Shown: in pieces, positions 10,665-21,263 of the stretch
How the letters are laid out: each line of letters starts with the position of its first letter
Position numbering within the stretch: position 1 is the first letter of the stretch
Source of the DNA: a virus
Lineage: Duplodnaviria > Heunggongvirae > Uroviricota > Caudoviricetes
Direction: 5' to 3' (one strand)
DNA: 46,563 bases
Virus record (IMG/VR): IMGVR_UViG_2721755658_000005
Span: 1 to 46,563 of that record
Notes under the pieces: model-generated
Told to the model about the DNA's origin: nothing
The model's database searches: none
Seen by the model: the letters and a program-made list of their open reading frames with translations, nothing else
Program-made: the position numbers and the translations under genes

Positions 10665-11159
10665 ATGATGCCATTTGCTCGTTATTTCTGCATTTTCATA
10701 AACGTTGGTTTGGGAGAATCGGCAAAACGGAATGTGGGCAACGGGGAAAACCAAATCCCTGATATGTCTTTCTGGACGGTTACTGGTGGCAATGGAAATT
10801 TTGTGATTCGTCAACCTGACGGGCTAATCATTCAGATGGTTACTGTAAGTATAAGCGGCCCGGTGGCGATGAATGGAATGACTGATAATGCTTATGCCAT
10901 TACAGGTTCTAATAAGTCTTATATTGCCACAGCCACATTGCCCTTTGTATTTCCTAATAAGGTGCTGGGCGTTATCCCTCTGGTATCAACAACAGCTTAT
11001 GGTGGTGTATCCAGTAATATTACAGGTTCATACGCGACTGCGGTTTGTTCTTTTGCCGCTGTCAGGGGGAATAATACGATTGTGTTCAAAGTCGACAAAC
11101 CACTGAATGCAGCCTTTCCTTCAGATACCAGCGTCTCAGCGTTAATCATTGGACGGTAA
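10665..11159 (+). CDS. Alternative tail-fibre C-terminal variable segment (expressed after inversion)
   Basis: The crossover site falls at a GLGE junction motif shared with the active fibre gene; no independent N-terminal constant region. Confidence 0.55.
   Translation: MMPFARYFCIFINVGLGESAKRNVGNGENQIPDMSFWTVTGGNGNFVIRQPDGLIIQMVTVSISGPVAMNGMTDNAYAITGSNKSYIATATLPFVFPNKVLGVIPLVSTTAYGGVSSNITGSYATAVCSFAAVRGNNTIVFKVDKPLNAAFPSDTSVSALIIGR
10683..10708. repeat. Invertase crossover site (left inverted repeat of invertible segment)
   Basis: ttttcataaacgttggtttgggagaa; its right half is the reverse complement of the right half of 12677..12702; resembles gix/hix-type sites. Confidence 0.6.
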
Positions 11160-11161
11160 GA

Positions 11162-11605
11162 ATGAACTCAGTATTCTTTTCACCCGGAAGTAAAAGTTTT
11201 TATCTGCAAGAATTGTTTCCAGAATATGAGGATGCGGGAACGCTTCCTGATGATGTTATTGAAATTACCAGAGAAACATATGAGCAATTTCTTGGGCTGC
11301 ATCCAGAAGGGAAAGAAATTGGCGCTGACAGTTCAGGACGGCCAGTATGGATTAATTCCCCACCCCCTTCAAAAGAGGATGAGGTGTTGACGGCTGAAAT
11401 GAAAAAAATATCTTTGGTTTCTGAAGTCAATACCTACATCAATACTCATCAGTGGCCTGGCAAAGCGGCGATTGGTCGTCTGAAAAGTGAGGAACTGGCG
11501 CAATATAATTTGTGGCTGGATTATCTGGACGCACTGGAACTGGTTGATACCTCCAGTGCTCCAGATATTGAATGGCCTACGCCTCCGGCAGTTCAGGCCA
11601 GATGA
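11162..11605 (+). CDS. Tail fibre assembly protein (alternative orientation)
   Basis: 147-aa ORF directly after the alternative fibre segment, inside the invertible region. Confidence 0.6.
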   Translation: MNSVFFSPGSKSFYLQELFPEYEDAGTLPDDVIEITRETYEQFLGLHPEGKEIGADSSGRPVWINSPPPSKEDEVLTAEMKKISLVSEVNTYINTHQWPGKAAIGRLKSEELAQYNLWLDYLDALELVDTSSAPDIEWPTPPAVQAR

Positions 11606-12179
11606 CATCCGGCGCGGTGCTGGTATCTGTTGCCGTCACCGTGTCAATGTAATCCAGCACAGCGTTAAGGCGAGTGATTTCTGCTTGCGTCAGCTGCCGC
11701 CCGGCCTGCAATTTCAGCTGAATCAGACTGATGGAAGCCATAGCAGCATCAATCAGCGACTGGCGCTGTGCTTCTGCCACGTCTACTGCGGCGCTATGCT
11801 GTGCCTCAGTATCGGTCACCCATTTCTCACCATCCCATTTATCGAATGGCGTTAACGGGGCGATAGTAGTTGTATTTTCAGAGTAATCACCCGGAGCTGT
11901 GATTTCTTTTGATTCTCCTGTTTCAGTGCTATATACCGTTTCACCGCGATGGTCTGGCACATATTCCCATGAGTTAAAATCTGCAGAACGGCAGATTGCA
12001 TAACCAGCTTTATGTGTGCCGGGCGCATCGGTACAGGAATTGGCAGGAATACCCACCCCCACAGGCAGATACTCAACCGATGAGGATATGTATTCGCGGG
12101 TGTCGCCCCGGTAGTTGTACACAGTGATTTCACCTGCCACGGTGGCAATAAACGCACTGTTTAATTTTGCTTTCGCCAT
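11577..12179 (-). CDS. Tail fibre assembly protein
   Basis: 200-aa ORF directly after the tail fibre gene, inside the invertible region. Confidence 0.6.
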   Translation of the reverse strand: MAKAKLNSAFIATVAGEITVYNYRGDTREYISSSVEYLPVGVGIPANSCTDAPGTHKAGYAICRSADFNSWEYVPDHRGETVYSTETGESKEITAPGDYSENTTTIAPLTPFDKWDGEKWVTDTEAQHSAAVDVAEAQRQSLIDAAMASISLIQLKLQAGRQLTQAEITRLNAVLDYIDTVTATDTSTAPDVIWPELPEA

Positions 12180-12979
12180 TATGCAGCCCTCACGATATAC
12201 GCAAATGCTAGGTTCCGTGGTCTGGTTTCTTTAATTAAAGAGGAGGCATCAGGTGAACTCACTGATTCAGCACCATTTCTTCCACCAGAGGTATAAGTAA
12301 AAACTCTTTCACTGTTAGACCAGTAATCCACACCAACTGTTTTTGCTGATGAAAAAATGGTTTCATCAGATATAACCTGTTCTATTCCATACGGGATATT
12401 AGTAACTGACCCCACTTTTGTAGGTATTCCATGATTATGAGAAATTACTGCATGCTCTTGATTCGTTAATAAAGTACGACCGCTATCCACTCCACGCCCG
12501 TCATCCCAGCCACGAATAAACTCACCACGTAAATCAGGTAATTTATTTGTCGGATAAGCCTTTGCCAGTTCCGGGTATTCTTCAGCAGAAAAAGCGGCAC
12601 CGTTGCATTTCAGCCAGCCTGTCGGCGGTGTGGCTGAAGGCCACGGAACAGGTACGCCAACGGGTAATGCTGAGCCTTCTCCCAAACCAAGGTTTTCAAG
12701 AGCCGTTTTCACCGTGCCATCCGATTTGATATCGCCAAACGGATTATTGCGGCTTAACAGCAGCGCACGAAGCGCGGTAAGCAGCTGGTCGTGCCGAGTC
12801 TTCTCAAGACTGGCACCGGATGCCTCCACCACGCTGCAAAGCTCCTCCTGCAACATGTCAAAGTAGTCATCATCCAGATCGGTGGCAGGTGTGCCGGTCT
12901 GGGGGTTACCACGGGTAAAACCGTTCTTACCCGCGCCGAACTTATCCTTCTGCGCGGTTTTAGTGTCTATGCGATGCAT
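12179..12979 (-). CDS. Tail fibre protein (constant N-terminus, invertible variable C-terminus)
   Basis: 266-aa product; crossover site 12677..12702 lies inside the gene at the GLGE motif. Confidence 0.7.
   Translation of the reverse strand: MHRIDTKTAQKDKFGAGKNGFTRGNPQTGTPATDLDDDYFDMLQEELCSVVEASGASLEKTRHDQLLTALRALLLSRNNPFGDIKSDGTVKTALENLGLGEGSALPVGVPVPWPSATPPTGWLKCNGAAFSAEEYPELAKAYPTNKLPDLRGEFIRGWDDGRGVDSGRTLLTNQEHAVISHNHGIPTKVGSVTNIPYGIEQVISDETIFSSAKTVGVDYWSNSERVFTYTSGGRNGAESVSSPDASSLIKETRPRNLAFAYIVRAA
12677..12702. repeat. Invertase crossover site (right inverted repeat), inside the tail fibre gene
   Basis: ttctcccaaaccaaggttttcaagag; inverted relative to 10683..10708. Confidence 0.6.
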
Positions 12980-12982
12980 GGA

Positions 12983-13567
12983 TTACTCCGGATATTTAAA
13001 AATTACGTAGGTATGCGACGGGCAGAGTTTGTTAAGCACACACTCGACAACGGTGTCGCCCCATATACGCAGCGCGGAATCACAGGGATCGCCACATGTC
13101 ATCCAGGTGGTGTTGGTGGTGGCTGGCATGTTGACCTGCCAGTAATACCGCCATTCAGGCGCATTCACCGCGTCAGTACAGGCCGATGAGCAGGTGAACG
13201 TGCTTTTGTCGTATCGCGTGATGGTGGCATCTGGTCTGCCCAGGGCAGCAAGCTGTGCAAGATAAAAATCCTCGTTGATGCCGCCCGCCAGGTTAACCTT
13301 CGCATCCAGCCGTTGCTGACGCTGGCGAAGGGTCTGCGTTCCCGCCGGAATACATTCATCCGGCAGACCGCACAGACGCTCCCAGCGGTTTATCAGTTCG
13401 GTGGTGGTGCGCGGATCCAGCTCCCGCATCAGGGCATCCGCACGCTGATGAACACGGGTTAATGACGGTGCCGCACCGGCAATCGCCGGCTCGCTGGCTG
13501 ACCACGCCGGACCGGGCGGCAACAGTGCCGATAACAGGCGGATGTAATCATCGTTTGTCACGTCCAT
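12983..13567 (-). CDS. Baseplate/tail protein (Mu gp48-like, DUF2313-type)
   Basis: Position after the baseplate J gene in a Mu-like tail module. Confidence 0.55.
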   Translation of the reverse strand: MDVTNDDYIRLLSALLPPGPAWSASEPAIAGAAPSLTRVHQRADALMRELDPRTTTELINRWERLCGLPDECIPAGTQTLRQRQQRLDAKVNLAGGINEDFYLAQLAALGRPDATITRYDKSTFTCSSACTDAVNAPEWRYYWQVNMPATTNTTWMTCGDPCDSALRIWGDTVVECVLNKLCPSHTYVIFKYPE

Positions 13568-14616
13568 GAAATCGTCCCCAGAACCGCCAGTTCATTTTTT
13601 GCAATGGAGATATTGTCCGCCGGTGCAAGCAACTGATGGCTGTATTCCCCGTTCGCACCGGAAATCGCTTCACTGATACGCGACACCTTCAGTTCTCCCT
13701 GCGGATAACCATCACGCAGCAGGAACGAACGCAACTCCGCAGTAATGGCGGCTCGTATTTCTGGTGTGTCCGGCGTCACGCGGATATGAAAATCCACCGT
13801 ATGTGCCACCGGCCTGAATACATACAAATCAGAGCCTGCCACCGGGGCCAGTGGCCCGATATGTTGTCTTGCTGCCGTTTCCGTTGATTCTTCCGGAATG
13901 GGATTAATCAGGTCACTGCTGGCAATCATCACACCGACAGTTCCCGTTCCCATCCAGTGACGGTATGTCCATGCGCGGGTAATGCCGGGCACTTCTTTAG
14001 CCCAGACGACATAGTCCCCGTCAGCCCCGCCCTGAGGTGTCCAGTAATACCGCTCAATGACGCGGGCGCGCCACGTTTCCAGCTCTTCAGTATCAAATCC
14101 ACCTGTCAGGGTATCTGCCACGCCGGAAGACGGCAGACCATTCACCGGCGTGACCAGGATTAATGACGTACCGTCGTCAGCGTTACCGACCGCGCCTGCA
14201 CTTGAGCAGGCGATCGGCACGCGCAGGACACCACCGGAGCTGGTTGCATCGGCAGTTGCCGTGTACTGAACCAGGTCATCGCGCTGAATAACACTCCCGG
14301 CAGTCACCTTCAGGCCATCACTGACACCTTCCCAGCGCATATACCCGCTGGCAGCCGTGGCCCCCTTGCGCGGACACCGTTTCATCGCAGCATGTCGCGC
14401 CAGCCAGGACTCATCGCACAGGTCAGGCAGCATGTTCATTGCCAGATAATCGATGTACCCGTAAACCGTATGCAGCGCCGCCGCATACACCTTTGCCCGC
14501 ACGTCTTCATCCATGCGCCGGAGCGTGTCGCTGACGTCCAGCCTGGCGAATAAATCGTTACGGAGCATACTGATATTTTCTGCCAGCGTCGGGCGCTGAA
14601 ATTCACTGTCCGCCAT
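13558..14616 (-). CDS. Baseplate J-like protein (Mu gp47-like)
   Basis: 352-aa product in the canonical position of the Mu-like baseplate cluster. Confidence 0.65.
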   Translation of the reverse strand: MADSEFQRPTLAENISMLRNDLFARLDVSDTLRRMDEDVRAKVYAAALHTVYGYIDYLAMNMLPDLCDESWLARHAAMKRCPRKGATAASGYMRWEGVSDGLKVTAGSVIQRDDLVQYTATADATSSGGVLRVPIACSSAGAVGNADDGTSLILVTPVNGLPSSGVADTLTGGFDTEELETWRARVIERYYWTPQGGADGDYVVWAKEVPGITRAWTYRHWMGTGTVGVMIASSDLINPIPEESTETAARQHIGPLAPVAGSDLYVFRPVAHTVDFHIRVTPDTPEIRAAITAELRSFLLRDGYPQGELKVSRISEAISGANGEYSHQLLAPADNISIAKNELAVLGTISWT

Positions 14617-15031
14617 GCGTTATCGCACTCCACAGATCATCAAAAGAAATCATTACCGGTCCGTCACGACGCCAGAGGGTGATACTGTTACCAAGTTCAT
14701 TAATCCCGGTGCGGCGGATATCCAGATCAATACGGGACACCACGCCGTCATCAATCATCCATTGCAGGCATTCACGGATATACCCCTTTACCGTCTGCAC
14801 CAGCTGATTGGTCAGTTTGCTGCGCTGAAGCAGCCACAGTCGGGAGCCGTAACGGTCATTCTGTACCGCAGGCCAGGTATCCCCCCACCATCCCATCGGG
14901 ACGTCGGCGTTGTCATCAGGCTCCGCCCGCCGCCAGGTAAACAGGGAAATCACCACGGCGCGGGTCAGCGGATCCAGCGGTGCGCTGGCGCAGGTGCGTT
15001 TACCGTTCACCGTCAGCCACAGTTCCATCAT
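14603..15031 (-). CDS. Baseplate wedge protein (GPW/gp25 family, Mu gp46-like)
   Basis: 142-aa product between the V-like and J-like baseplate genes. Confidence 0.6.
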   Translation of the reverse strand: MMELWLTVNGKRTCASAPLDPLTRAVVISLFTWRRAEPDDNADVPMGWWGDTWPAVQNDRYGSRLWLLQRSKLTNQLVQTVKGYIRECLQWMIDDGVVSRIDLDIRRTGINELGNSITLWRRDGPVMISFDDLWSAITHGGQ

Positions 15032-15576
15032 GCCTCCATCGCTTTATCAGGTTTGTCGGTGTTACTGCCCTGACCGTTCTCTCTGTGACAATGACCGTTA
15101 TAGGCAAGCCGCATCGCTGACATGGTGGTGCCGCCGGAGTCGCACAGGTCTTTCACCTGTCCGGTCACTTCAAGGTCCATTTCAAAACGTGCTTCAGGTG
15201 CATTGCGAAACGTGATCGTTTTACCTGCACCGTCCACCACGATCCCCTCCCGGGTCAGCGTCACGGACTGCCCCTGATCGTCATAGACAGCCACCTCACC
15301 CGTCTGCAGCCCTTTCAGGCGGTAGCGCCGGTCCGACACCGTAACAACCACCGCATGAGAACGGTCGCCATCCGGAAACAACACCACCGCTTCCGCACCG
15401 CTGTTTGCCCTTGCGGTAAAACCGTAGGGTTCAAGATGTTCAACCCCGGCTTTGGGTTCACCGGCAATCAGGGACACATCCACGGTCTGACATTTCGTGG
15501 CGGCACTGATGCTTTTCACCACGGCCCGCCCAATCAGGCCGAGGAGTTGTCGCTGCATGGCTTCAATCGTCCTCAT
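15028..15576 (-). CDS. Baseplate assembly protein V / spike (Mu gp45-like)
   Basis: 182-aa product in synteny with the Mu tail module. Confidence 0.6.
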   Translation of the reverse strand: MRTIEAMQRQLLGLIGRAVVKSISAATKCQTVDVSLIAGEPKAGVEHLEPYGFTARANSGAEAVVLFPDGDRSHAVVVTVSDRRYRLKGLQTGEVAVYDDQGQSVTLTREGIVVDGAGKTITFRNAPEARFEMDLEVTGQVKDLCDSGGTTMSAMRLAYNGHCHRENGQGSNTDKPDKAMEA

Positions 15577-16655
15577 CAGAACGGGTCCTCCTGTACTCTG
15601 GCTTTTTTCTTTTTCCGCGCGCCGGGGGCTTCTGGTTCAGGCAGATAAGCATCAGGTGGGCCGACACGGATTTCCGTCAGGGTGCCGTTCTGGTCCTGAG
15701 TAAACGTGACTTCCGAGACAAGCAGTTCGGTATTGTCGAAACCACAGACCGGATCGAAGACAATCACCCGCTGGTTGGGCTGCCACAGCGTACCGTTACC
15801 CTGTCGCCAGCCCTGCACCACATAGGTGGTTTCATCCGTCCGCGCCGCCCGTTGTCGGGCTTCAAAGTCAGCACGCGCAATACAGCCTGCCCCCGTGGCC
15901 TGCCCTGTCTGCCTGATATACATCGGACGGTAACGGGCAATAAATGCGTCCTCTGTGCGGGCCCGCAGCGCGGTGGTGGTGGCCTCACCGAAATCATCGT
16001 CGTTTCCGGCACGCTGCCCCGCCACCTGGTAAACTGAAAACCGCTCCCGGATACTCTTCTCCGTATCACAGGAAAGGATGTTTTCCCCAAGTACCAGCGC
16101 GGTATGTGCCCGCGTTGAGCCAATACCGCCAATCACCAGCCTGCCGTGCGGGTCGTCATAAGCCAGCGCCTGCTGCTGACCGAGTATTTTGTTGATCACC
16201 TCGATCACCGTTTCACCGTGATCAGGCTGGACATCAGGAATAACACCCGACGGCGCATCGCTGTTCACCACCTCAATGCCGAAAGGCGCAGCAAGCGCCT
16301 GCGCAATCTGTACCAGCGATCGTCCGTTAAACTGTGTCGGTTCGGCTGCACAGTCAATCAGGTCAGCAGTCAGACTACGTCCGGCAATACCGGTGCTGAC
16401 CGAACGGGCATCGTAACGAACGGGGGTCGCCTCCACCCAGCCGGTGATCACCAGCTCATCACCAATTAGCACTTCCACTTTTGAACCATTTTTAATGCGC
16501 GGCTGAAGCGTGGTGATACCCTCATCTCCCGGCCACTGGCGGGTGATCTCCACGTTGAAATCCCGCGCCAGCCGTTCAATACCGGCACCGATGCGCACCG
16601 ATGTCCAGCCATTCCACTCCCGGCCATTTACCCGTAGCGTGACGTTATCGTTCAT
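15576..16655 (-). CDS. Tail/baseplate hub protein (Mu gpP-like)
   Basis: 359-aa product following the DNA-circulation-like gene. Confidence 0.6.
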   Translation of the reverse strand: MNDNVTLRVNGREWNGWTSVRIGAGIERLARDFNVEITRQWPGDEGITTLQPRIKNGSKVEVLIGDELVITGWVEATPVRYDARSVSTGIAGRSLTADLIDCAAEPTQFNGRSLVQIAQALAAPFGIEVVNSDAPSGVIPDVQPDHGETVIEVINKILGQQQALAYDDPHGRLVIGGIGSTRAHTALVLGENILSCDTEKSIRERFSVYQVAGQRAGNDDDFGEATTTALRARTEDAFIARYRPMYIRQTGQATGAGCIARADFEARQRAARTDETTYVVQGWRQGNGTLWQPNQRVIVFDPVCGFDNTELLVSEVTFTQDQNGTLTEIRVGPPDAYLPEPEAPGARKKKKARVQEDPF

Positions 16656-17986
16656 TGCACTGGCACCTTCAGAGGGATCACCGGCACAAAGCCGGGATGC
16701 GTAATGGCATTACGCCGGATAATGTCCGCGTCACGCGCCGCGTTATCAAACCAGGTCGCCGCCAGCACCAGCGCGGGTAAAACCTCATCCGGTGTGCGAT
16801 GAATGATCCGTGCAGACTGTTCAAGGCGCGTGTTGATATCCGCATTCAGATCTGCTTTCACCCGGCGCAGCGCCAGAAACAGCGCATCACTGGTTGTACG
16901 GGACAACTCCTTATCAATTGCCGTATTCAGTGTGTCGCGAATGTCGGTCAGTTCTTCCCACGTTGGCAGGTCAACCGTGTTTTTCACCGCAGGTGCATTG
17001 TTCAGTGCCGGATGCGTGACGGAAGGCCAGCCAGTGCTCTGCGCGGGTGTTGTTGACTGCCCCACTGTGGCATTCTGCATCACCGCGGAAGTTGTGGGCG
17101 CAGGCAATCGTGTGACGGCATACGCCGCTTCGCTGATTGCGGTCGTACGAAGGGTGCTGGCAACCACGTTACGCTGCTGCGTAGCCGTGGCGGTGGTTTT
17201 ACTGTCCGTTTTCCAGATGCCGCGGGGTTGCAGATTACTGCCGAGACTGACCCCGGAAAACGTTTTGATCATGGTGACCAGGTCGCTGGCGTTACCATAA
17301 AGGCGTTTCCCGGTACGCCACATTTTCTGCACCTGCTCAACGAAATTTTTGCCTGACGATGGCGGCGACAGAAGTACCGAGATATCCCCCTGCAATAGCC
17401 TGGCGGCATCCGATACGGCAGAATCCACCACTTTCATCGCATCAGAAACATACCCAAGCATTGTGCTGGCATTACCGACGACGTCGTTCTGCACAAAATC
17501 TGCCACGCCATCGATACTGAAACTACTGAAACTGTCACTGATGCAGTCATCCAGTGCAGAACAGGATGACATCAGCGTCTGCGCCGTCGCCGCACCTGAT
17601 GTGGGGTAAGAGAGTTCTCCCGCTTCGACAAACTTCAGGTCAAAGCGGACAATACGCCCTTCACTCTTCGATGTGCTGACCCGAACCTCTCCGTCAACAC
17701 AGACTTTCAGCTCACCGTAAGTCGGATGGACAAGCGTGCCGGGACCGGGTTTATTCAGCGCGTCAATCAGGCGATCGCGCTGGTCAAAGCAGTCATCTCC
17801 CACCACATAAGCCGTGATGGACGGGCGGAAAGTGACTTTTCCCAGATCTTCGGTATAGGGTTTGTCGCGGTTCGGATATTCGTGTGTTTCCACACGACGG
17901 CCGGTTCCCGCACTTTCTTCTTCAACCTTAAACGGCACACCTCGAAATGACGCATCCTGAAGCCTGTCTTTCCACGTCATATACAC
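16652..17986 (-). CDS. Mu gpN-like DNA circulation protein (tail module)
   Basis: 444-aa product with N-terminus MTWKDRLQDASFRGVPFKVEEE typical of gpN-like proteins. Confidence 0.65.
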   Translation of the reverse strand: MYMTWKDRLQDASFRGVPFKVEEESAGTGRRVETHEYPNRDKPYTEDLGKVTFRPSITAYVVGDDCFDQRDRLIDALNKPGPGTLVHPTYGELKVCVDGEVRVSTSKSEGRIVRFDLKFVEAGELSYPTSGAATAQTLMSSCSALDDCISDSFSSFSIDGVADFVQNDVVGNASTMLGYVSDAMKVVDSAVSDAARLLQGDISVLLSPPSSGKNFVEQVQKMWRTGKRLYGNASDLVTMIKTFSGVSLGSNLQPRGIWKTDSKTTATATQQRNVVASTLRTTAISEAAYAVTRLPAPTTSAVMQNATVGQSTTPAQSTGWPSVTHPALNNAPAVKNTVDLPTWEELTDIRDTLNTAIDKELSRTTSDALFLALRRVKADLNADINTRLEQSARIIHRTPDEVLPALVLAATWFDNAARDADIIRRNAITHPGFVPVIPLKVPVQ

Positions 17987-17990
17987 TCCG

Positions 17991-18022
17991 AAAATAAAAA
18001 AGCCACCTATTAGAAGGTGGCC
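17991..18022 (-). terminator. Strong rho-independent terminator immediately downstream of the tail-module moron gene
   Basis: Minus-strand hairpin ggccacct-tctaat-aggtggc followed by ttttttatttt; about 15 bp upstream of the gpN start. Confidence 0.65.
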
Positions 18023-18041
18023 TTGTAATGAATTTTATTAA

Positions 18042-18572
18042 TTAGCGAGTCAGAAACAACGAATCTTTATACTTTTGCTGTTGTTCATTTAAATACTTAG
18101 CTGTTTCATCGCTGGCAAATGGAAATATTACCGTATTTTTAGGCATAGTAATTTCTTTTTTGTCCAGCGTCAGAGTAAACATAGGAACATACTGAGCAGA
18201 GTAACGCACCGCAGAAACGAGCTCTAGTTTAGACTCTTCAATAACACTTAAATTATCCAAGCTAACTTTCTCTTCATCTTTTTTCTTTGACGCATTTAAA
18301 GTTTTTATTACTTTATTTAATTTCTCCTGAAAATCCTCCTTAAAGTTTTCAGGATTGCCGTCGACAACAAGAATCTGTTCACCCTGATTATCTGGAAAAA
18401 TAATCTTTGCACTTATCAATTTATTTTCTTTATAAACATCACCAAGTTTTATGGCTCCTCCAGATAACTGAATAATATGTTCATCTTTAAAGGAGATGTT
18501 GCCAGAGATTATGAGAGATGAAAAAATAGCCGCTGCTCCAAGAATTACACTTGCTGTGATATAGCCTTTCAT
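18042..18572 (-). CDS. AT-rich exported/membrane-anchored hypothetical protein (moron in tail operon)
   Basis: N-terminal hydrophobic segment ITASVILGAAAIFSSLIISG; sits between the tape measure and gpN genes; has its own terminator. Confidence 0.55.
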   Translation of the reverse strand: MKGYITASVILGAAAIFSSLIISGNISFKDEHIIQLSGGAIKLGDVYKENKLISAKIIFPDNQGEQILVVDGNPENFKEDFQEKLNKVIKTLNASKKKDEEKVSLDNLSVIEESKLELVSAVRYSAQYVPMFTLTLDKKEITMPKNTVIFPFASDETAKYLNEQQQKYKDSLFLTR

Positions 18573-18663
18573 TTTTCGCCTATTAACATTTTTCTAAATG
18601 TGCATTAATTCTATCACTCTATTTATGACTTACAACCAGCAATACATGTGAGGGGAATCCTGG

Positions 18664-20496
18664 CTACCAAAATCGGGTATAGCCAACATCGTGATTTATA
18701 TCAATGCCACTGGAGCGTGTTTCCGTAACCCGCATACCTGGTGGCATATTTATAAATGATACCTTGATCTCACCATCAACTTTTGACGCGGTAGCTTTAT
18801 TAATCATGAAGGGATTCGAGCCTGTGGCATCGGAGGCGTTGTTTGCCTGAGCCGGATCCACCGCCGGATAAGGCGTGTATCCCCGTGCCGGTATTCCCGT
18901 CCCATAAGCATCATAAGCACCCGCGCCCCACTGCGCCGAGTTAATGGTATCGACCGTGTCACCGGAACTGTCGGTAAACCATTCAATAATCGGCTTCAGC
19001 TTATCCCACATATCCTGAAACCACTTAACAACCGGTCCCCAGTTATTGATCACCATCCCCAGCGGCGACCAGGCAAAAACTTTCTTAAGGAGTTCCCAGC
19101 CAGCCTCAAAATAAGGACCAATGGTTTCCCAGAGCTTCTTGAAATAAGGTCCGACAACATCCCAGTTAGTGATAATTAATCCCGCAGCCAGGGCTATCGC
19201 CGTCGCAATCATGCCAATCGGCGTCATCGACATGATCCTGCTGACAATGCTGATGGCACTGCCCACGCCCATCAATCCCAGTTTCAGAATCGCAAGACCG
19301 GCAGCAAGCCCGACGACGCCGCGAATAACCCGGGGATTTTCATCCGCAAACTTCGTGAATTTCTCCCCCAACTCCCCCAGCCACTGCGTGATGTTCTTAG
19401 CGTCACCAGAAAATGCGCCGCCAATAGCCGCAAGGCCGTTAGTTGCGGTCCCCGTCATTGCCTCCCACAGGTTGGACAGCGTACCAAGCTGAGCCTGAAC
19501 ACGTTTATTCAGGCTGGCCTGTTTATTCATCTTCTGCTGGATCTGATCGTAGCCATCCTTTCCTTTATCGATTAGTGCATTGACCACCTGAAGGGTTTCG
19601 GCATCATCACCAAATATTGCCTTAAGTACACCGGTTCGCTTAACGTCGGTCAGTTTTCGCAGCTTTGCCAGTTGCCTGAACATGTTATCAAGACCGCCAA
19701 AACTCCCTTTGCCATCAGTAAAATCGAGCTGTACCCCGAGTTTCTGGCGGGCCATGATTTTATTGACGTCCCTGATTTTCTTAACGCTTAATCCGGACTG
19801 GATAACTTTTCGCAGGGCATTACCTGCCGACTCCCCGTTCATCCCCATCTGATCCATCATGACACTGATGGGGGCAAGACTCTGTGCAGCCTGAAGACCG
19901 TCCTTATTCACCATCTTCAGAACAGAGCTGGTTTTAGTGAAGAATGACAGCATGTTGGTGTCGTCAACGCCCAGATAAAACGCCTTCTGAATTGTGTCGA
20001 ACAGCCCCATCATGTCTTCTGAGGCCGTTCCGGTAGCATCCTGCATCTTTGCGGCAAACTCGGCAGCCGCTTCCGGTGTTTTTTTCAGTTGTACCGCAAG
20101 ATAAGCTGTCGCTTTACCCACACCACCCAGAATGTTTTCTGCCGGGATCCCCTGACGCACCAGCATCTGCATCATGTTCTGGAAATCAGCCGTTGTACCG
20201 GGTAGCTGGTTACCCAGGCCAATAGCCAGTTTATTGATGTCCTGAAAGCTCTTTCCAACCTCGCCGTTCGCATCCATCATGGCGACTTTCAGCCCGGTAG
20301 CGGCGTTTTCCTGATCGGCATAAGATTTCAGGGAAAGCGTCAGCCCCGCTGCCAGTCCGCCACCAAGAGCCAGCCCACCCTGTGACGCTTCTTCCGCCTG
20401 GCGTTTAAATCCCCGGATTTTCTTTTGCATTTTCGACAGCGCGGGAGAAAGCCTGTCGACACCGGTGATCAACGCCTTAAGCTCAAACTCAGCCAT
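18664..20496 (-). CDS. Tail tape measure protein
   Basis: 610-aa product with Ala/Gly-rich hydrophobic central region; follows the tube and chaperone genes. Confidence 0.75.
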   Translation of the reverse strand: MAEFELKALITGVDRLSPALSKMQKKIRGFKRQAEEASQGGLALGGGLAAGLTLSLKSYADQENAATGLKVAMMDANGEVGKSFQDINKLAIGLGNQLPGTTADFQNMMQMLVRQGIPAENILGGVGKATAYLAVQLKKTPEAAAEFAAKMQDATGTASEDMMGLFDTIQKAFYLGVDDTNMLSFFTKTSSVLKMVNKDGLQAAQSLAPISVMMDQMGMNGESAGNALRKVIQSGLSVKKIRDVNKIMARQKLGVQLDFTDGKGSFGGLDNMFRQLAKLRKLTDVKRTGVLKAIFGDDAETLQVVNALIDKGKDGYDQIQQKMNKQASLNKRVQAQLGTLSNLWEAMTGTATNGLAAIGGAFSGDAKNITQWLGELGEKFTKFADENPRVIRGVVGLAAGLAILKLGLMGVGSAISIVSRIMSMTPIGMIATAIALAAGLIITNWDVVGPYFKKLWETIGPYFEAGWELLKKVFAWSPLGMVINNWGPVVKWFQDMWDKLKPIIEWFTDSSGDTVDTINSAQWGAGAYDAYGTGIPARGYTPYPAVDPAQANNASDATGSNPFMINKATASKVDGEIKVSFINMPPGMRVTETRSSGIDINHDVGYTRFW

Positions 20497-20637
20497 GTGT
20501 GCGTTTCTCCTGCTCTATCCTGTTTGCCTGACTGACCAGCAAGGGAATTTCACTGATCGGCATATTCAGCAATTCGAAGGGATTAATGCGCCAGTAGCTG
20601 GCGCAGTCAAAGAAGCGATCAGTGAGGTATTCAGCCG

Positions 20638-20907
20638 TCAGGCCTGGAGGAAAAAACCAGCCACAAGCCACGCCGCTGCATTCAGGTCTGCCGGAGACAT
20701 CTGGTCGACAGAGCTTTGCGGCACTTTCGCCAGCCGCACAATGTATTTCGACACCACATGCGCCAGAAGTCTGACGGACTCATCCTGATTCATCTGGTAG
20801 GGATACCCCAGCTCGCGGACATCCTTCCCGGTGGGTTCATCAAACTCCAGTACGGAGAGTGTCTCACCATGAGCGATAATCGGTTTCTTTAACTCAAGCT
20901 CTTTCAT
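20638..20907 (-). CDS. Tail assembly chaperone
   Basis: 89-aa ORF between tail tube and tape measure; overlapping ORF 20489..20671 may be a frameshift extension. Confidence 0.5.
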   Translation of the reverse strand: MKELELKKPIIAHGETLSVLEFDEPTGKDVRELGYPYQMNQDESVRLLAHVVSKYIVRLAKVPQSSVDQMSPADLNAAAWLVAGFFLQA

Positions 20908-21263
20908 TACTGGTAATCCCCTTCTTCACCGTGGAACTCAAGATCAACCGTGCCTTCTTCGGCATTATGGTTCGCTTCTCCGTGCAGCCAGGCGGACGAC
21001 AATACATAGACCTGACCGTTCGCCAGCTCGGCAGTGATGGTCATCTCATCAGACGAGGTGATTTTGCTCACCGGAAAATTCTTCGGCACCTTGAAGGTCC
21101 CTTTGACATAAGGCGCACGGTGAGTTTCCTTGCGGTCCACTGAACCGTCCAGGCCGATGATGTCATCATTGACCGTCCTGTTCATGGGCACCTCAATGCC
21201 GCCGGTCAGCGATAGCTGCTGACCGTCAATTTTGAAATAACAGGTTCCCCCGATACGGGCCAT
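20907..21263 (-). CDS. Tail tube protein
   Basis: 118-aa ORF directly after the sheath gene. Confidence 0.7.
   Translation of the reverse strand: MARIGGTCYFKIDGQQLSLTGGIEVPMNRTVNDDIIGLDGSVDRKETHRAPYVKGTFKVPKNFPVSKITSSDEMTITAELANGQVYVLSSAWLHGEANHNAEEGTVDLEFHGEEGDYQ

Noticed and set aside
20489-20671. ORF 20489..20671 as an independent gene
   Set aside because: It overlaps the tail chaperone 3' end and tape measure start; more likely the frameshift-extension region of the chaperone than a separate gene.
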